Shown here: one piece after another, positions 29,478 to 39,966 of the stretch
Numbering within the stretch: position 1 is the stretch's first letter
How the letters are laid out: each line of letters opens with the position of its first letter
NCBI GenBank assembly: GCA_043808155.1
Contig: JAZDFD010000028.1
Span: 6,697 to 70,696, forward strand
Source of the DNA: Candidatus Iainarchaeum sp.
GTDB taxonomy: Archaea > Iainarchaeota > Iainarchaeia > Iainarchaeales > JAZDFD01
Reading direction: 5' to 3'
DNA length: 64,000 nt
Position numbers and translations under genes: made by a program
Notes under the pieces: model-generated
Databases searched by the model: none
What the model was told of the DNA's origin: nothing
What the model saw: only the letters and a program-made list of their open reading frames with translations

Positions 29478-31670
29478 ATGGCTAAGAAAGAAGACGTTGT
29501 TGCAATGGCAGCAAAGCTTATGGGGAACAGACAGAACATCCGAAACCTCGGTATTGTTGCACATATTGATCATGGAAAAACTACAATGACAGACTCATTA
29601 GTTGCATCTTCAGGATTAATTTCTGAAGAATTAGCAGGCAAACAGCTTTTCATGGATCACTATGAATTAGAGCAGGAAAGAGGAATAACAATTAATGCAG
29701 CAAATATTTCAATAACTCACAATTATAACAACCAAGAATATTTGATTAATATTATTGATACACCAGGACACATTGACTTTGGTGGAGATGTTATCAGAGC
29801 AATGCGTGCTGTTGACGGTGTAATTGTTGTTGTTGATGCAGTTGAAGGTGTTATGCCTCAGACTGAAACTGTAATAAGACAGGCATTGAAAGAATATGTT
29901 AAACCAGTTTTATTCATTAACAAAGTTGACAGATTAATTAATGAACTGCAGGTAACTCAGGAAGAAATGCAGCAGAGATTTGTAAAAACAATTGCCGGCG
30001 TAACAAATCTGATTAAGAAAAACATTCCAAAAGAATTTGGAAATGAATGGATCCCTAATGTTGAAAACGGATCAGTTGTATTTGGATCAGGATATTACAA
30101 ATGGGCAATTTCAGTTCCGCAAATGAAAAAAAAGAATATATCATTCAAAGATATTTATGATCATTTAAAACAGGAAAAACAGAAAGAACTTAGCAAGAAA
30201 ATTCCTCTTGCTGAACCAATGCTTGAGATGGTTATTAATCACTTGCCTAATCCATTAACAGCACAAAAATACAGAACACAGGCAATATGGAAAGGAGACA
30301 TTGAAAGTGAAGTTGGGAAAGCTATGATGACTTGTGACCCAAATGGTCCTTTTTCAATGATGGTTACAGATGTGTCTGTTGATCAGCATGCAGGAGATGT
30401 TGCAACAGGGAGAATTTATTCAGGAACTTTAAGAAAAGGTTCAAGAGTAAAACTTATTGGTGGGCAGAAAGAAGCAGTAATTCAGCAGGTCGGTGTGTTC
30501 ATGGGCCCAGAAAGAGTTCCAATGGACGAAGTATCTGCAGGAAATATTGCAGCATTAGTTGGGTTAAGAGATGTTTATACTGGTGAAACACTTTCAAGTG
30601 TTGATATGTCTGAATTTGAAAGCTTCAAATCAACAACAGAACCAGTTATTACTATTAGTGTTGAAGCAAAACACACAAAAGATTTACCAAAACTAATTGA
30701 AGTTTTAAGACAAATTACAAAGGAAGACCCGAATGTAATAGCATCACTTAATCAGGAAACAGGCGAACATCTAATTTCAGGAATGGGTGAACTTCACCTG
30801 GAGGTTACACAGCACAGAATAAGCCACGATCACAAAGTTGAGATTAATGTTGGTAATCCAATTGTTGTTTACAGAGAAACTATAAATAATGAATCTGATA
30901 TTTTAGAAGGTAAAAGTCCTAACAAACACAACAAACTGAAAATGTATGTTGAGAGATTGCCTGATGAAATTATTGAAAAATTAAAAGATACAAAGCTTGA
31001 AGGAAAACTAAAAGCAAAAGACAAAGAAGTTGTTGCAAAATTAGAAGAAGCAGGCTTTGGACGGGATGAAGCAAAGAAAGTGTGGGCAATACACAACAAT
31101 TGTGTGTTGGTGGACATGACACGTGGTATTCAGGCATTGCACGAAATTAAAGAACTTGTTATTGAGGGATTTATTGATGCCATGAAACAGGGGCCACTAG
31201 CAAAAGAAAAATGCTTTGGGGTAAAAGTTATACTAGATGATGCAAAATTACACGAAGATGCAATTCACAGAGGACCTGCACAGATTCTTCCAGTAATGAC
31301 AAGAACAATTTACGCATGTATGCTTTCAGCAGACCCAGTACTTCTTGAACCTAAACAAATTCTTACTTTAAGTGTTCCGGAAGATAATTTGGGTTCTGCA
31401 TCAAAAGAATTGAGTTCCAGAAGAACACAAATTAATGAGATGAGAACTGAAGGTGACTCAAATATCATTATTGCAAAAGTCCCTGTAAAAGAAATGATTG
31501 GGTTTTCACAATCAATAAGAGGTGCAACCCAAGGACGTGCACTCTGGACTGCAGAATATGCTGGTTACGAAGAATTACCAAGAGAACTTCAGCATAATGT
31601 TGTTACGGAAGTAAGAAAGAGAAAAGGAATGGACCCAACAGTAAAACCATACCATTTCTTTTTGGAATAA
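29478..31670 (+). CDS. fusA: Elongation factor aEF-2
   Basis: AHIDHGKTT, DTPGH, NKVD, diphthamide loop DAIHRG. Confidence 0.97.
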   Translation: MAKKEDVVAMAAKLMGNRQNIRNLGIVAHIDHGKTTMTDSLVASSGLISEELAGKQLFMDHYELEQERGITINAANISITHNYNNQEYLINIIDTPGHIDFGGDVIRAMRAVDGVIVVVDAVEGVMPQTETVIRQALKEYVKPVLFINKVDRLINELQVTQEEMQQRFVKTIAGVTNLIKKNIPKEFGNEWIPNVENGSVVFGSGYYKWAISVPQMKKKNISFKDIYDHLKQEKQKELSKKIPLAEPMLEMVINHLPNPLTAQKYRTQAIWKGDIESEVGKAMMTCDPNGPFSMMVTDVSVDQHAGDVATGRIYSGTLRKGSRVKLIGGQKEAVIQQVGVFMGPERVPMDEVSAGNIAALVGLRDVYTGETLSSVDMSEFESFKSTTEPVITISVEAKHTKDLPKLIEVLRQITKEDPNVIASLNQETGEHLISGMGELHLEVTQHRISHDHKVEINVGNPIVVYRETINNESDILEGKSPNKHNKLKMYVERLPDEIIEKLKDTKLEGKLKAKDKEVVAKLEEAGFGRDEAKKVWAIHNNCVLVDMTRGIQALHEIKELVIEGFIDAMKQGPLAKEKCFGVKVILDDAKLHEDAIHRGPAQILPVMTRTIYACMLSADPVLLEPKQILTLSVPEDNLGSASKELSSRRTQINEMRTEGDSNIIIAKVPVKEMIGFSQSIRGATQGRALWTAEYAGYEELPRELQHNVVTEVRKRKGMDPTVKPYHFFLE

Positions 31671-31800
31671 AGTCGGAGGTATGCATATTTAAATATTGTG
31701 TTATAGATTATATATTGCGGAAATGGCTAAATGGGGGGCATATTCGGCATTTAACACAAATATTTAGAAATAATTTGATATTTATTGGAGGGAGGAGATT

Positions 31801-33120
31801 ATGGCAGATAAACCACACATAAATCTTGTATTCATTGGTCACGTTGACCATGGTAAGAGTACATTAGTTGGTAGACTTTTATACGATGCAGGGTCATTAA
31901 GTGAACAGGAATACAGAAAGCTTGAGGCAGAAGCAAAGGAAAGAGGTAAAGGAACTTTTGCTTTCGCATATGCAATGGATAACCTCAAAGAAGAAAGAGA
32001 AAGAGGTATTACCATTGATGTTGCATACAGGAAATTTATTGCAAAAAAGAATGAATTCACAATTATTGATGCACCTGGTCACAAAGATTTTGTAAAAAAT
32101 ATGATTACAGGAACAAGTCAGGCAGACGCAGCTGTTTTAGTTGTTGCAGCAAAAGAAGGAATCATGGCACAGACAAAGGAACACGCATTCCTTTCACAGG
32201 TCATGGGAATCAAAAACATGGTTGTTGCAATAAACAAAATGGATGAAGTAGGTTACGATGAATCCAAATTTAAAGGTATTAAGGCGGATTTAGAAAAATT
32301 ATTAAAGGGTGTTGGATTTAAAACAGACACATTGAAGTTCATCCCTGTTTCAGCATGGGAAGGCACCAATGTTGTTAAGAAATCTGATAAATTAGGATGG
32401 TATAAGGGTGACACATTATTAGAAACTCTTGATGCATTACCTGCACCTCAGTTACCGACAGACAAACCTTTGAGAATTCCTGTTCAGGATGTTTACACCA
32501 TTAAGGGTGTTGGAACAGTTCCTGTTGGAAGAGTTGAAACCGGAATTATTAAACCAGGTGATAAAATAATTATTGAGCCAACAGGTGCAACTGGTGAAGT
32601 AAAAACAGTTGAAATGCACCACGAAGCACTTCCAATGGCAAAACCAGGTGACAACATCGGTATTAACATCAGAGGAATTGGTAAATCTGATGTTGCAAGA
32701 GGAGACGTAATAAGTCACGCAAGTGATCCTGCAACAGTTGCAAAGGAGTTCATTGCACAGATTGTTGTATTGAACCACCCAACTGCAATACCAGTAGGTT
32801 ACACACCAGTATTCCACATGCACACAGCACAGTTAAGCTGTACATTGACGGAATTGCAGAAAAAACTCGATCCATTAACAGGCGCAGTTAAGGAAGAAAA
32901 CCCAAAGTTCCTTAAGACAGGGGACGCAGCAATTGTAAAGATTGTTCCTACAAAACCTGTTGTTTGTGAAGAGTATAAGAAATTCCCACAATTGGGAAGA
33001 TTTGCAATTAGAGACATGGGTCAGACAGTTGCAGCAGGAATTATCATAAGCGTAACACCTAAAGTAAGCGTAACGCCCAAGAGCGTAACACCTAAAGTAA
33101 GCGTAACGCCCAAGAAATGA
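31801..33120 (+). CDS. tuf: Elongation factor aEF-1alpha
   Basis: [27 protein letters not shown]. Confidence 0.97.
   Translation: MADKPHINLVFIGHVDHGKSTLVGRLLYDAGSLSEQEYRKLEAEAKERGKGTFAFAYAMDNLKEERERGITIDVAYRKFIAKKNEFTIIDAPGHKDFVKNMITGTSQADAAVLVVAAKEGIMAQTKEHAFLSQVMGIKNMVVAINKMDEVGYDESKFKGIKADLEKLLKGVGFKTDTLKFIPVSAWEGTNVVKKSDKLGWYKGDTLLETLDALPAPQLPTDKPLRIPVQDVYTIKGVGTVPVGRVETGIIKPGDKIIIEPTGATGEVKTVEMHHEALPMAKPGDNIGINIRGIGKSDVARGDVISHASDPATVAKEFIAQIVVLNHPTAIPVGYTPVFHMHTAQLSCTLTELQKKLDPLTGAVKEENPKFLKTGDAAIVKIVPTKPVVCEEYKKFPQLGRFAIRDMGQTVAAGIIISVTPKVSVTPKSVTPKVSVTPKK
33049..33114 (+). repeat. 33-bp exact tandem duplication at the EF-1alpha 3' end
   Basis: AGCGTAACACCTAAAGTAAGCGTAACGCCCAAG x2. 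Confidence 0.92.
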
Positions 33121-33166
33121 GGGCGTTAATTTTCCTTTTTTATTTTTATGAGACTCAGTGATTAAT

Positions 33167-33478
33167 ATGCAGAAAGCCAGAATTAAACTTACAAGTCCGG
33201 ACTACGACATTCTTGAAGATATCTGTTCAAAAATACTTGAAGTTGCACAAAGAACCGGTGTGAAGCATTCTGGTGCTATTCCAATGCCAACAAAGAAATT
33301 AGTTGTCCCTGCAAGAAAGAGTCCTTGTGGCGGTGGCACTGAAACTTATGAAAAGTGGCAATTGAGAATTCACAAAAGACTGATTGATATTGAAGCAGAT
33401 GAACGAACTCTGAGACGTGTCATGAGGGTTGAAATTCCTGAAAACGTACACGTTGAGATTGAATTAAAAGAAAACTAA
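33167..33478 (+). CDS. rps10: Ribosomal protein uS10
   Basis: RKSPCGGG...RIHKRLID. Confidence 0.96.
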   Translation: MQKARIKLTSPDYDILEDICSKILEVAQRTGVKHSGAIPMPTKKLVVPARKSPCGGGTETYEKWQLRIHKRLIDIEADERTLRRVMRVEIPENVHVEIELKEN

Positions 33479-33531
33479 TTTTTAGACTTAGCCTCTACTT
33501 TTTTATACTATTTTGTTCTATCTATAAGAGT

Positions 33532-33954
33532 ATGTACGAATATTTTGAACACACAGCAGATATTGGGGTAAGAGGCTTTGGTATTAATTTAGCATCTGCT
33601 TTTGAGGAAATTGCCAAAGGAATGTTCAATATCATGGTGGATATTGAAAGTGTAAATGAACGTCAGGAAGTTGAAATTACTGCAGAAGCAGATACTAAAG
33701 AAAATTTACTTATTGAATGGCTTAATGCTTTGATTGCAGAAGCAGACCAGAAAGAAATGACTTTTGCCAGTTTTCAGATTCAGGAATTAAGAAATGTTGG
33801 AACAGGATATTATCTGAAGGCTATTGCTATTGGCGAAGCTTTAGATCCAAAAAGACATAATGTTAAAATCGAAGTTAAAGCTGCAACTTATTCTCAGTTA
33901 AAAGTTGAATTCCGCAGAGATAAAGTAATGGTTCAGTGCATTGTTGATGTTTAA
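33532..33954 (+). CDS. Archease
   Basis: YEYFEHTAD N-terminus, VKAATY, terminal DV; near rtcB. Confidence 0.93.
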   Translation: MYEYFEHTADIGVRGFGINLASAFEEIAKGMFNIMVDIESVNERQEVEITAEADTKENLLIEWLNALIAEADQKEMTFASFQIQELRNVGTGYYLKAIAIGEALDPKRHNVKIEVKAATYSQLKVEFRRDKVMVQCIVDV

Positions 33955-33957
33955 TCT

Positions 33958-34521
33958 GTGATTTTTGTGACGAATGTTTTTGTTTTTCACGGAACTGAGG
34001 GACATCCCAAAGAAAACTGGTTTCCCTGGATTAAGAAAGAACTTGAAATTTTGGGTTGCGAAGTTATAGTGCCGCAGTTTCCAACACCGGAAAATCAGAC
34101 ATTAGAAAAATGGTTTGCTGTCTTTGAAAAATATAAAAAATCATATTCTGAAAATACTATTCTAATTGGACATAGTTTGGGTGGTGCTTTTTTGTTAAGA
34201 GTTTTGGAAAAATATGATACTAAAATCAAAGCTGTGTATATTGTATCAGCACCAATAGGTGTATTGCCGATAAAAAATTATGACGGAGATAAGCTCTTTA
34301 TTGGTCATGCTTTTAATTGGGAAAGAATTAGAAATCATGCAAATAAATTTTGTATATTTCAATCGGATAATGATCCTTATGTATGTCTTGGAAACGGAGA
34401 GAAATTAGCAAAAGAGTTAGGTGTTGATTTAAACTTTGTTGCAAACGCAGGGCATTTCAATGAAGCTGCAGGATATACTGAATTTGAATTGCTACTTGAG
34501 AAAATTAAGAAAGAACTTTGA
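33958..34521 (+). CDS. RBBP9/YdeN family alpha/beta hydrolase
   Basis: HG...NWFPW, GHSLG, SDNDPY, AGHFN. Confidence 0.9.
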   Translation: MIFVTNVFVFHGTEGHPKENWFPWIKKELEILGCEVIVPQFPTPENQTLEKWFAVFEKYKKSYSENTILIGHSLGGAFLLRVLEKYDTKIKAVYIVSAPIGVLPIKNYDGDKLFIGHAFNWERIRNHANKFCIFQSDNDPYVCLGNGEKLAKELGVDLNFVANAGHFNEAAGYTEFELLLEKIKKEL

Positions 34522-34578
34522 GTTGGTTAAACTTTTTAATAGCTTCATGCTATTAATATCTGACAATTGGTGAACTAC

Positions 34579-37533
34579 ATGACTGAAATTAATAAGATTG
34601 CTGATTTTGTGTGGGAAATACCTAAAGAAGGAGACATGCGTGTACCTGTGAAGCTTTATGCAAGTAAAACACAAATAATTGATATGAAAGAAGAGGAAAA
34701 AACAGACTGGAGTTCAATAAAACAACTTAAGAACGTGGCAACATTGCCCGGAATTGAACAAAATGTTATTGCGCTCAGTGATGTCCACGTGGGCTACGGC
34801 GCACCCATAGGCGGAGTTTCTGCTTTTGATCTGGAGACAGGCGTTATTGTTTTCGGAAATATTGGATTTGATATAAATTGCATTTCGGGGGAGAGTAAAG
34901 TATTGCACGAACACGGATATACAAAAAATATCAAAGATTTTGAAACCGATTGGTTTGACGAGAGTATCAAGTGTTTAAATCCGACAAACAAAGTCAAAAA
35001 TACAAATATTGACGCATTCTTAAAATTTAAAACCAAGAAAAAGGTTTACAAACTTGAAACAGAATCTGGAAGAAAAATAATTGCAACAGAGGATCATCCA
35101 TTTTATACTTCAAAGGGAATGAAAGAACTTTCATTATTGAAAAATAATGAGAAAATATCGGTTTTTCCATTTGAGGGTGTCGGATACGAAGAGCCCTCGG
35201 ATAAAATAATTATAGCTGAAAAAGATATCAAAAACTTAGGTTTTAAAAAAAATATGAAACAGACAATTGATGAACTGAAAAAAAGAAAACTTTTACCCCT
35301 AAAAATGAATAATCCAAAAATGCCTTATTTGTTAAAAATATTTGGTTATGCATTGGGTGACGGGAATCTTACAATAAGAAAAAATGAAACCGTACAGTTA
35401 TCTTTTTATGGAAATCCTGAAGACCTTGAGACAATAATCACTGATGTCGGAAACATAGGATTTAAAGCTTCCAAAATTTATTCAAGAGAAAGAAAACACG
35501 CAATACAAACGTCATATGAGTTAGTTAAATTTGAACACACTGAAACTTGGAGCAAATGCAGCTCTAAAGCACTTAGTGCACTTTTAATGGCAATGGGGTT
35601 GCCTGACGGGAACAAAGTGAAAAAGAATTATAGTATTCCCAAATGGTTATTTAAATGCCCGCTCTGGCAAAAACGATTGTTTTTAGCATCATTATTTGGT
35701 GCAGAACTTAGTACGCCATCCACAATTACAAATCACGGTTATAATTTTAATAATCAGCTCCTTTCAATGAATAAAAATGAGAAATTCGTTAAAAACGGGA
35801 GAAAATTCCTTAGCCAAATTTCAGATTTATTGGGAGATTTTGGAATAAAAAGTAGTCAAATTAAAGAAAGAGACGAATACACGAACAAAAAAGGTGAACT
35901 TTCAATAAGATTGCGACTTCAAATTTTCAGCAGACCTGCCAACTTAATCAAACTGTGGAGCATCATAGGATTTGAATATAATAAGAAAAGAAGTTATCTT
36001 GCAAACGTAGCTACGCAATACCTCAAAATAAAATCCAAAATAATTAAAAGCAGAAAAAAATGCGAACAAGAAGCAAAAGAACTCAGAAAGAAAAAATTAA
36101 GTGCAAAAAAAATATATGAAAAACTTAAATCAAAGTATAACTTCATAAATTTTAGATTTATAGAAAGATCTGTTTATGGCACACGAAAAGGGATGCCGAG
36201 AATATCATCTGCCTTCTCTTCTTTTGATGAATTTTTAGCACAAAATACTAAAGGGCTTGGTTTTACAGGGCAAGTATGGGATACGATAATATCAAAAGAA
36301 AAAATTGATTTCAATAAACCAGTTTATGATTTTACTGTTTGTGATGAGAATCACAATTTTATCGCAAATAATTTTGTTGTTTCAAACTGTGGCGTGCGCA
36401 CACTTAAAACTGATTTGAAACGAGAAGATGTTGAAAAAGTAAAAGATAAACTTGCTGATGCGCTTTTTCAGAATATACCTGCGGGTTTGGGTGTTAAAGG
36501 CGATGTGGAATTGACACTGGCAGAAATTGATGATGTTATTGTTAATGGTGCAGAGTTTGCAGTTGCTAAAGGTTACGGAACAAAAGAAGACTTAGAGTTT
36601 TGCGAAGAGAACGGAAAAATTACAGGTGCAGAACCTTCAGCTGTGAGCATGAAAGCTAAGCAAAGACAGTTCAAACAAGTTGGTACTTTAGGGAGCGGAA
36701 ATCATTATTTAGAAGTGCAGTATGTTGATGAAATTTATAATGAAAAAATTGCAAAAGCATTTGGTTTGAGTAAGGACCAAATAATTATTTCAATTCACTG
36801 CGGTTCGCGTGCATTAGGACATCAGATTGGTTCTGATTATTTGCAATTTTTAGATAAAGCTGCAAAAAAGCACGGAATTAAAATAAAAGATAAGGAATTA
36901 GTTTGCGCGCCAATTCAGAGTGAAGAAGGTAAGCAGTATTTTTCTGCAGTTAAAGCAGGGATTAATGTTGCATTTGCAAACAGACACGTAATTGGACATC
37001 TTACAAGAAAAACTTTTGCAGAAGTATTTGGAATTTCCGAAAGCACAATAAAAACATTTTACGATGTAGGACATAACACTGCGAAAGTTGAAGAGCATGA
37101 TGTTGATGGCATGAAAAAGAAATTGCTTGTTCACAGGAAAGGTTCTACCCGTGGTTTTGGTCCGGGAAGAATTGAGGTTCCTGAAGCATACAGAAGTGTT
37201 GGTCAGCCAGTGCTTGTTGGTGGCACAATGGGAACGCATTCATATATTCTTGCAGGAACTGAAAAAGGAATGCATGAAACATTCGGTTCTACTGTGCATG
37301 GTGCAGGCAGAGTAATGTCAAGAATGAAGGCAAAAAAGCAATGGGCTGGTGAAAGTGTTTTGCAAGATTTGAAAGAGAAGGGAATCCTGGTGAAAAGCCA
37401 TTCAACACAGGGTCTTGCAGAGGAAGCACCTGACGCATACAAAGACGTTACTGAAGTTGTTGACATAATGCACAATGCTGGTGTGACTGAGAAAGTTGTG
37501 AAATTGAAACCGCTAATTGTAATTAAAGGCTAA
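34579..37533 (+). CDS. rtcB: RtcB tRNA-splicing ligase precursor containing an intein
   Basis: DVHVGYG, GFDIN/CGVR split by the intein, GTLGSGNHY, HCGSR, HRKG, HGAGR, EEAPDAYK. Confidence 0.95.
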   Translation: MTEINKIADFVWEIPKEGDMRVPVKLYASKTQIIDMKEEEKTDWSSIKQLKNVATLPGIEQNVIALSDVHVGYGAPIGGVSAFDLETGVIVFGNIGFDINCISGESKVLHEHGYTKNIKDFETDWFDESIKCLNPTNKVKNTNIDAFLKFKTKKKVYKLETESGRKIIATEDHPFYTSKGMKELSLLKNNEKISVFPFEGVGYEEPSDKIIIAEKDIKNLGFKKNMKQTIDELKKRKLLPLKMNNPKMPYLLKIFGYALGDGNLTIRKNETVQLSFYGNPEDLETIITDVGNIGFKASKIYSRERKHAIQTSYELVKFEHTETWSKCSSKALSALLMAMGLPDGNKVKKNYSIPKWLFKCPLWQKRLFLASLFGAELSTPSTITNHGYNFNNQLLSMNKNEKFVKNGRKFLSQISDLLGDFGIKSSQIKERDEYTNKKGELSIRLRLQIFSRPANLIKLWSIIGFEYNKKRSYLANVATQYLKIKSKIIKSRKKCEQEAKELRKKKLSAKKIYEKLKSKYNFINFRFIERSVYGTRKGMPRISSAFSSFDEFLAQNTKGLGFTGQVWDTIISKEKIDFNKPVYDFTVCDENHNFIANNFVVSNCGVRTLKTDLKREDVEKVKDKLADALFQNIPAGLGVKGDVELTLAEIDDVIVNGAEFAVAKGYGTKEDLEFCEENGKITGAEPSAVSMKAKQRQFKQVGTLGSGNHYLEVQYVDEIYNEKIAKAFGLSKDQIIISIHCGSRALGHQIGSDYLQFLDKAAKKHGIKIKDKELVCAPIQSEEGKQYFSAVKAGINVAFANRHVIGHLTRKTFAEVFGISESTIKTFYDVGHNTAKVEEHDVDGMKKKLLVHRKGSTRGFGPGRIEVPEAYRSVGQPVLVGGTMGTHSYILAGTEKGMHETFGSTVHGAGRVMSRMKAKKQWAGESVLQDLKEKGILVKSHSTQGLAEEAPDAYKDVTEVVDIMHNAGVTEKVVKLKPLIVIKG
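34879..36387 (+). mobile_element. Intein (503 aa) with LAGLIDADG homing endonuclease
   Basis: Begins CISGES, block B ATEDHPF, FGYALGDG and LASLFGAE motifs, block F VYDFTV, ends VVSN before extein Cys. Confidence 0.93.
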
Positions 37534-37795
37534 TTTTATTAAGTTTGGAAATTTAAACACGACTTACTATCTTCTACATAATAATGTAAAGACAAAGATT
37601 AAACCTTTAGGAAACAAACTTTTTCTTTTAAGGAAATACGTACAATAGAACGTACGTATCAGACAAATTGACTTATACATAATCATTTATAAACTATCGA
37701 CAATTAACTTAGTTCCGTGAAAAAGGAACGTTTATAAAGAGCGGAAGCAGGGTTATATACAACACTTGGTGAGTGTGGGGAGTGATAGTTTGATT

Positions 37796-38746
37796 ATGAG
37801 AGCAATCTTTATTGTACTTGGAATCTTATTGATGGCGTACAGTACACAAGCATATGAATGTTCAAATATACAAATTGATGTAACTGATTTTGAATTAGAC
37901 GCAGGAACCACAGAATACAAGGTTTTTGAACTTTGGAATGTTTCCGGAAGTGATTTTTACATAGAATATGCAGAAGTTTATGATTATAGTTCTGATTTTA
38001 GAGCAGAAAATGTGAGATATGATTCTTTTATTGAAGCACATGGATTTGCGGAAATTAAAGTGAAAGTTAAGGCAAATGAAATTGCAGAGGATGCAAAAGG
38101 CACAGGATATGTGATTATTAGAGGATTTTTCGCAGATGAAAAGAGATGTTATACTGATGAGCTGAGGAATGAATTTGAAGTGAGTGTGAGCGGCAATCCA
38201 AGATTCGCAATTCAGGAATATATTGAAAATGAAGAATTCAAAGTGAGAATTCCAGAGTATTTCTTAGGGAAACTCAATGAAGAAGTGAAAATGCCGATTG
38301 AAATTTACAATAAAACCAATGAAAGAGTGGAAATTTCATTTATGGGACAAGATGCCAAAGTTACGCCTCAAAACATCTCAGTACCAAGAAATTCTGTGAT
38401 AAAGACAGATTTGACCGTGATTTTGTATTCGACCCAGGCAGAAATCAGCTATTCAAACACCTTTTTCGGTTCTGGAAATACAATTCTCTTTGCTGAAAGG
38501 GAAGAAATAGCTGTTCCTTCAGTTCCCGATGTGCAGATAATTGAGGAAATTGAAGAAAATGGGGCTGAAGAAGCTCAAGAAGTGCCTGCTGAAAAGAGCG
38601 AGGATGTGGATTTAATTTCAGAAGCATTCAACACTGGATTTGCTACTTTGAGCTCAGGATATGGCATGATTTTGATTATATTGGTTGCTTTTGCAGCACT
38701 GCTTTATTTGCTGTTTTCAGACAGAAAAGAGCAGAGTTTGATTTAA
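37796..38746 (+). CDS. Secreted, C-terminally anchored surface protein
   Basis: Signal peptide, beta-rich acidic body, TGFATL followed by a TM helix and short charged tail. Confidence 0.7.
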   Translation: MRAIFIVLGILLMAYSTQAYECSNIQIDVTDFELDAGTTEYKVFELWNVSGSDFYIEYAEVYDYSSDFRAENVRYDSFIEAHGFAEIKVKVKANEIAEDAKGTGYVIIRGFFADEKRCYTDELRNEFEVSVSGNPRFAIQEYIENEEFKVRIPEYFLGKLNEEVKMPIEIYNKTNERVEISFMGQDAKVTPQNISVPRNSVIKTDLTVILYSTQAEISYSNTFFGSGNTILFAEREEIAVPSVPDVQIIEEIEENGAEEAQEVPAEKSEDVDLISEAFNTGFATLSSGYGMILIILVAFAALLYLLFSDRKEQSLI

Positions 38747-38907
38747 AAACCTTCGCACGGCAATATATTATACTTAAAATGTAAACTGTACTTCTCAAGA
38801 ACCTTGAGGGGTGTAAGTGCTAAAATCCTGTTTTTTCGGATTTTGCACAGAATGGTGCAACATTTTGAATTGAAGACTAAATATAGCCATATATTTGGTG
38901 AGCATTA

Positions 38908-39966
38908 ATGGCAAAAACACACAAACCAAGAAGCGGAAGTCTTGCATTTTATCCAAAAAAGCGGGCAAAAAGAGAAATGCCTAGCTTTAAGAGTGTAAGA
39001 AATCAAGGCACAGAAGTTAGACCGCAAAACTTTTTAGGTTACAAAGTCGGAATGACACATGTAACAGGAAAAAATGCTCACGAAAAAAGCAGAACATTTG
39101 GTCAGGAAATTGTTGTGCCAGTAACAATTTTGGAAACACCAACAATGAAAGTTTTTGGAATTAGGGCTTATGAAAAAATTGTTGGTGGCTTTAATCCGAT
39201 TGGAGATGTTTATAATGAAAAATTCTCAAAACATCTTTTGAGACGTATTAAAAACTTTAAGAAAAAAACTTCAAAAAGAAAATCTGATTCTAAAAAAGAC
39301 AATGAAAAAATTGCAGAAAAAAAAACTGAAGAAAAGAAAAAAACTATTTCTGATCTTGAAAAAGAACTTGAAAATATTTATGAAATTAGATTATTGGTTC
39401 ATACACAGCCTGATTTAACAACAATGGGTAAAAAGAAACCAGAAGTTTCTGAAATTTTCTTAAACGGAAGCGTAGAAGCACAATTAAAATATGCAAAAGA
39501 AAAATTAGGCAAAGAACTTTCAGTTACAGATGTTTTTGCTGAAAAAGAATTTATTGATGTTAAAGGCGTTACAATTGGAAAAGGATTTACAGGCCCAGTT
39601 AAAAGAGCAGGTGTTAAAACACACAGACCAAAAGCAAAAACAACAAGAACTGTAGGGAGTATTGGTCCTTGGCACCCTGCAACAGTAATGTGGACTGTTG
39701 CAAGACCAGGTCAGCTTGGTTATCAGACAAGAACAGAATACAACAAAAGAATTCTTAAAATCGGAGACAATCCAGAAGATATAAACAGAAAAGGCGGTTT
39801 TCTCCAGTATGGTCTTGTAAGAAACCAATTCGTTGTTTTAAGAGGTTCAGTTCCAGGACCCAAGAAAAGATTAATTGGTTTAAGACACAACATCAGAAAA
39901 GTAAACCTTAACAGAGAAACACTTAATAAAATTGAATTCATTGCAACAAAAGGTGAAATTAAATGA
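38908..39966 (+). CDS. rpl3: Ribosomal protein uL3
   Basis: PRSGSLAF, GYKVGMTH, GKGFTGPVKR, GSVPGP. Confidence 0.97.
   Translation: MAKTHKPRSGSLAFYPKKRAKREMPSFKSVRNQGTEVRPQNFLGYKVGMTHVTGKNAHEKSRTFGQEIVVPVTILETPTMKVFGIRAYEKIVGGFNPIGDVYNEKFSKHLLRRIKNFKKKTSKRKSDSKKDNEKIAEKKTEEKKKTISDLEKELENIYEIRLLVHTQPDLTTMGKKKPEVSEIFLNGSVEAQLKYAKEKLGKELSVTDVFAEKEFIDVKGVTIGKGFTGPVKRAGVKTHRPKAKTTRTVGSIGPWHPATVMWTVARPGQLGYQTRTEYNKRILKIGDNPEDINRKGGFLQYGLVRNQFVVLRGSVPGPKKRLIGLRHNIRKVNLNRETLNKIEFIATKGEIK

Noticed and set aside
37534-37765. Replication origin or ncRNA in the gap after rtcB (inverted repeats TACGTAC/GTACGTA, GTTCC/GGAAC, TTTATAAAC/GTTTATAAA)
   Set aside because: No repeated ORB consensus and no cdc6 nearby; the short inverted repeats fit promoters or operators equally well.
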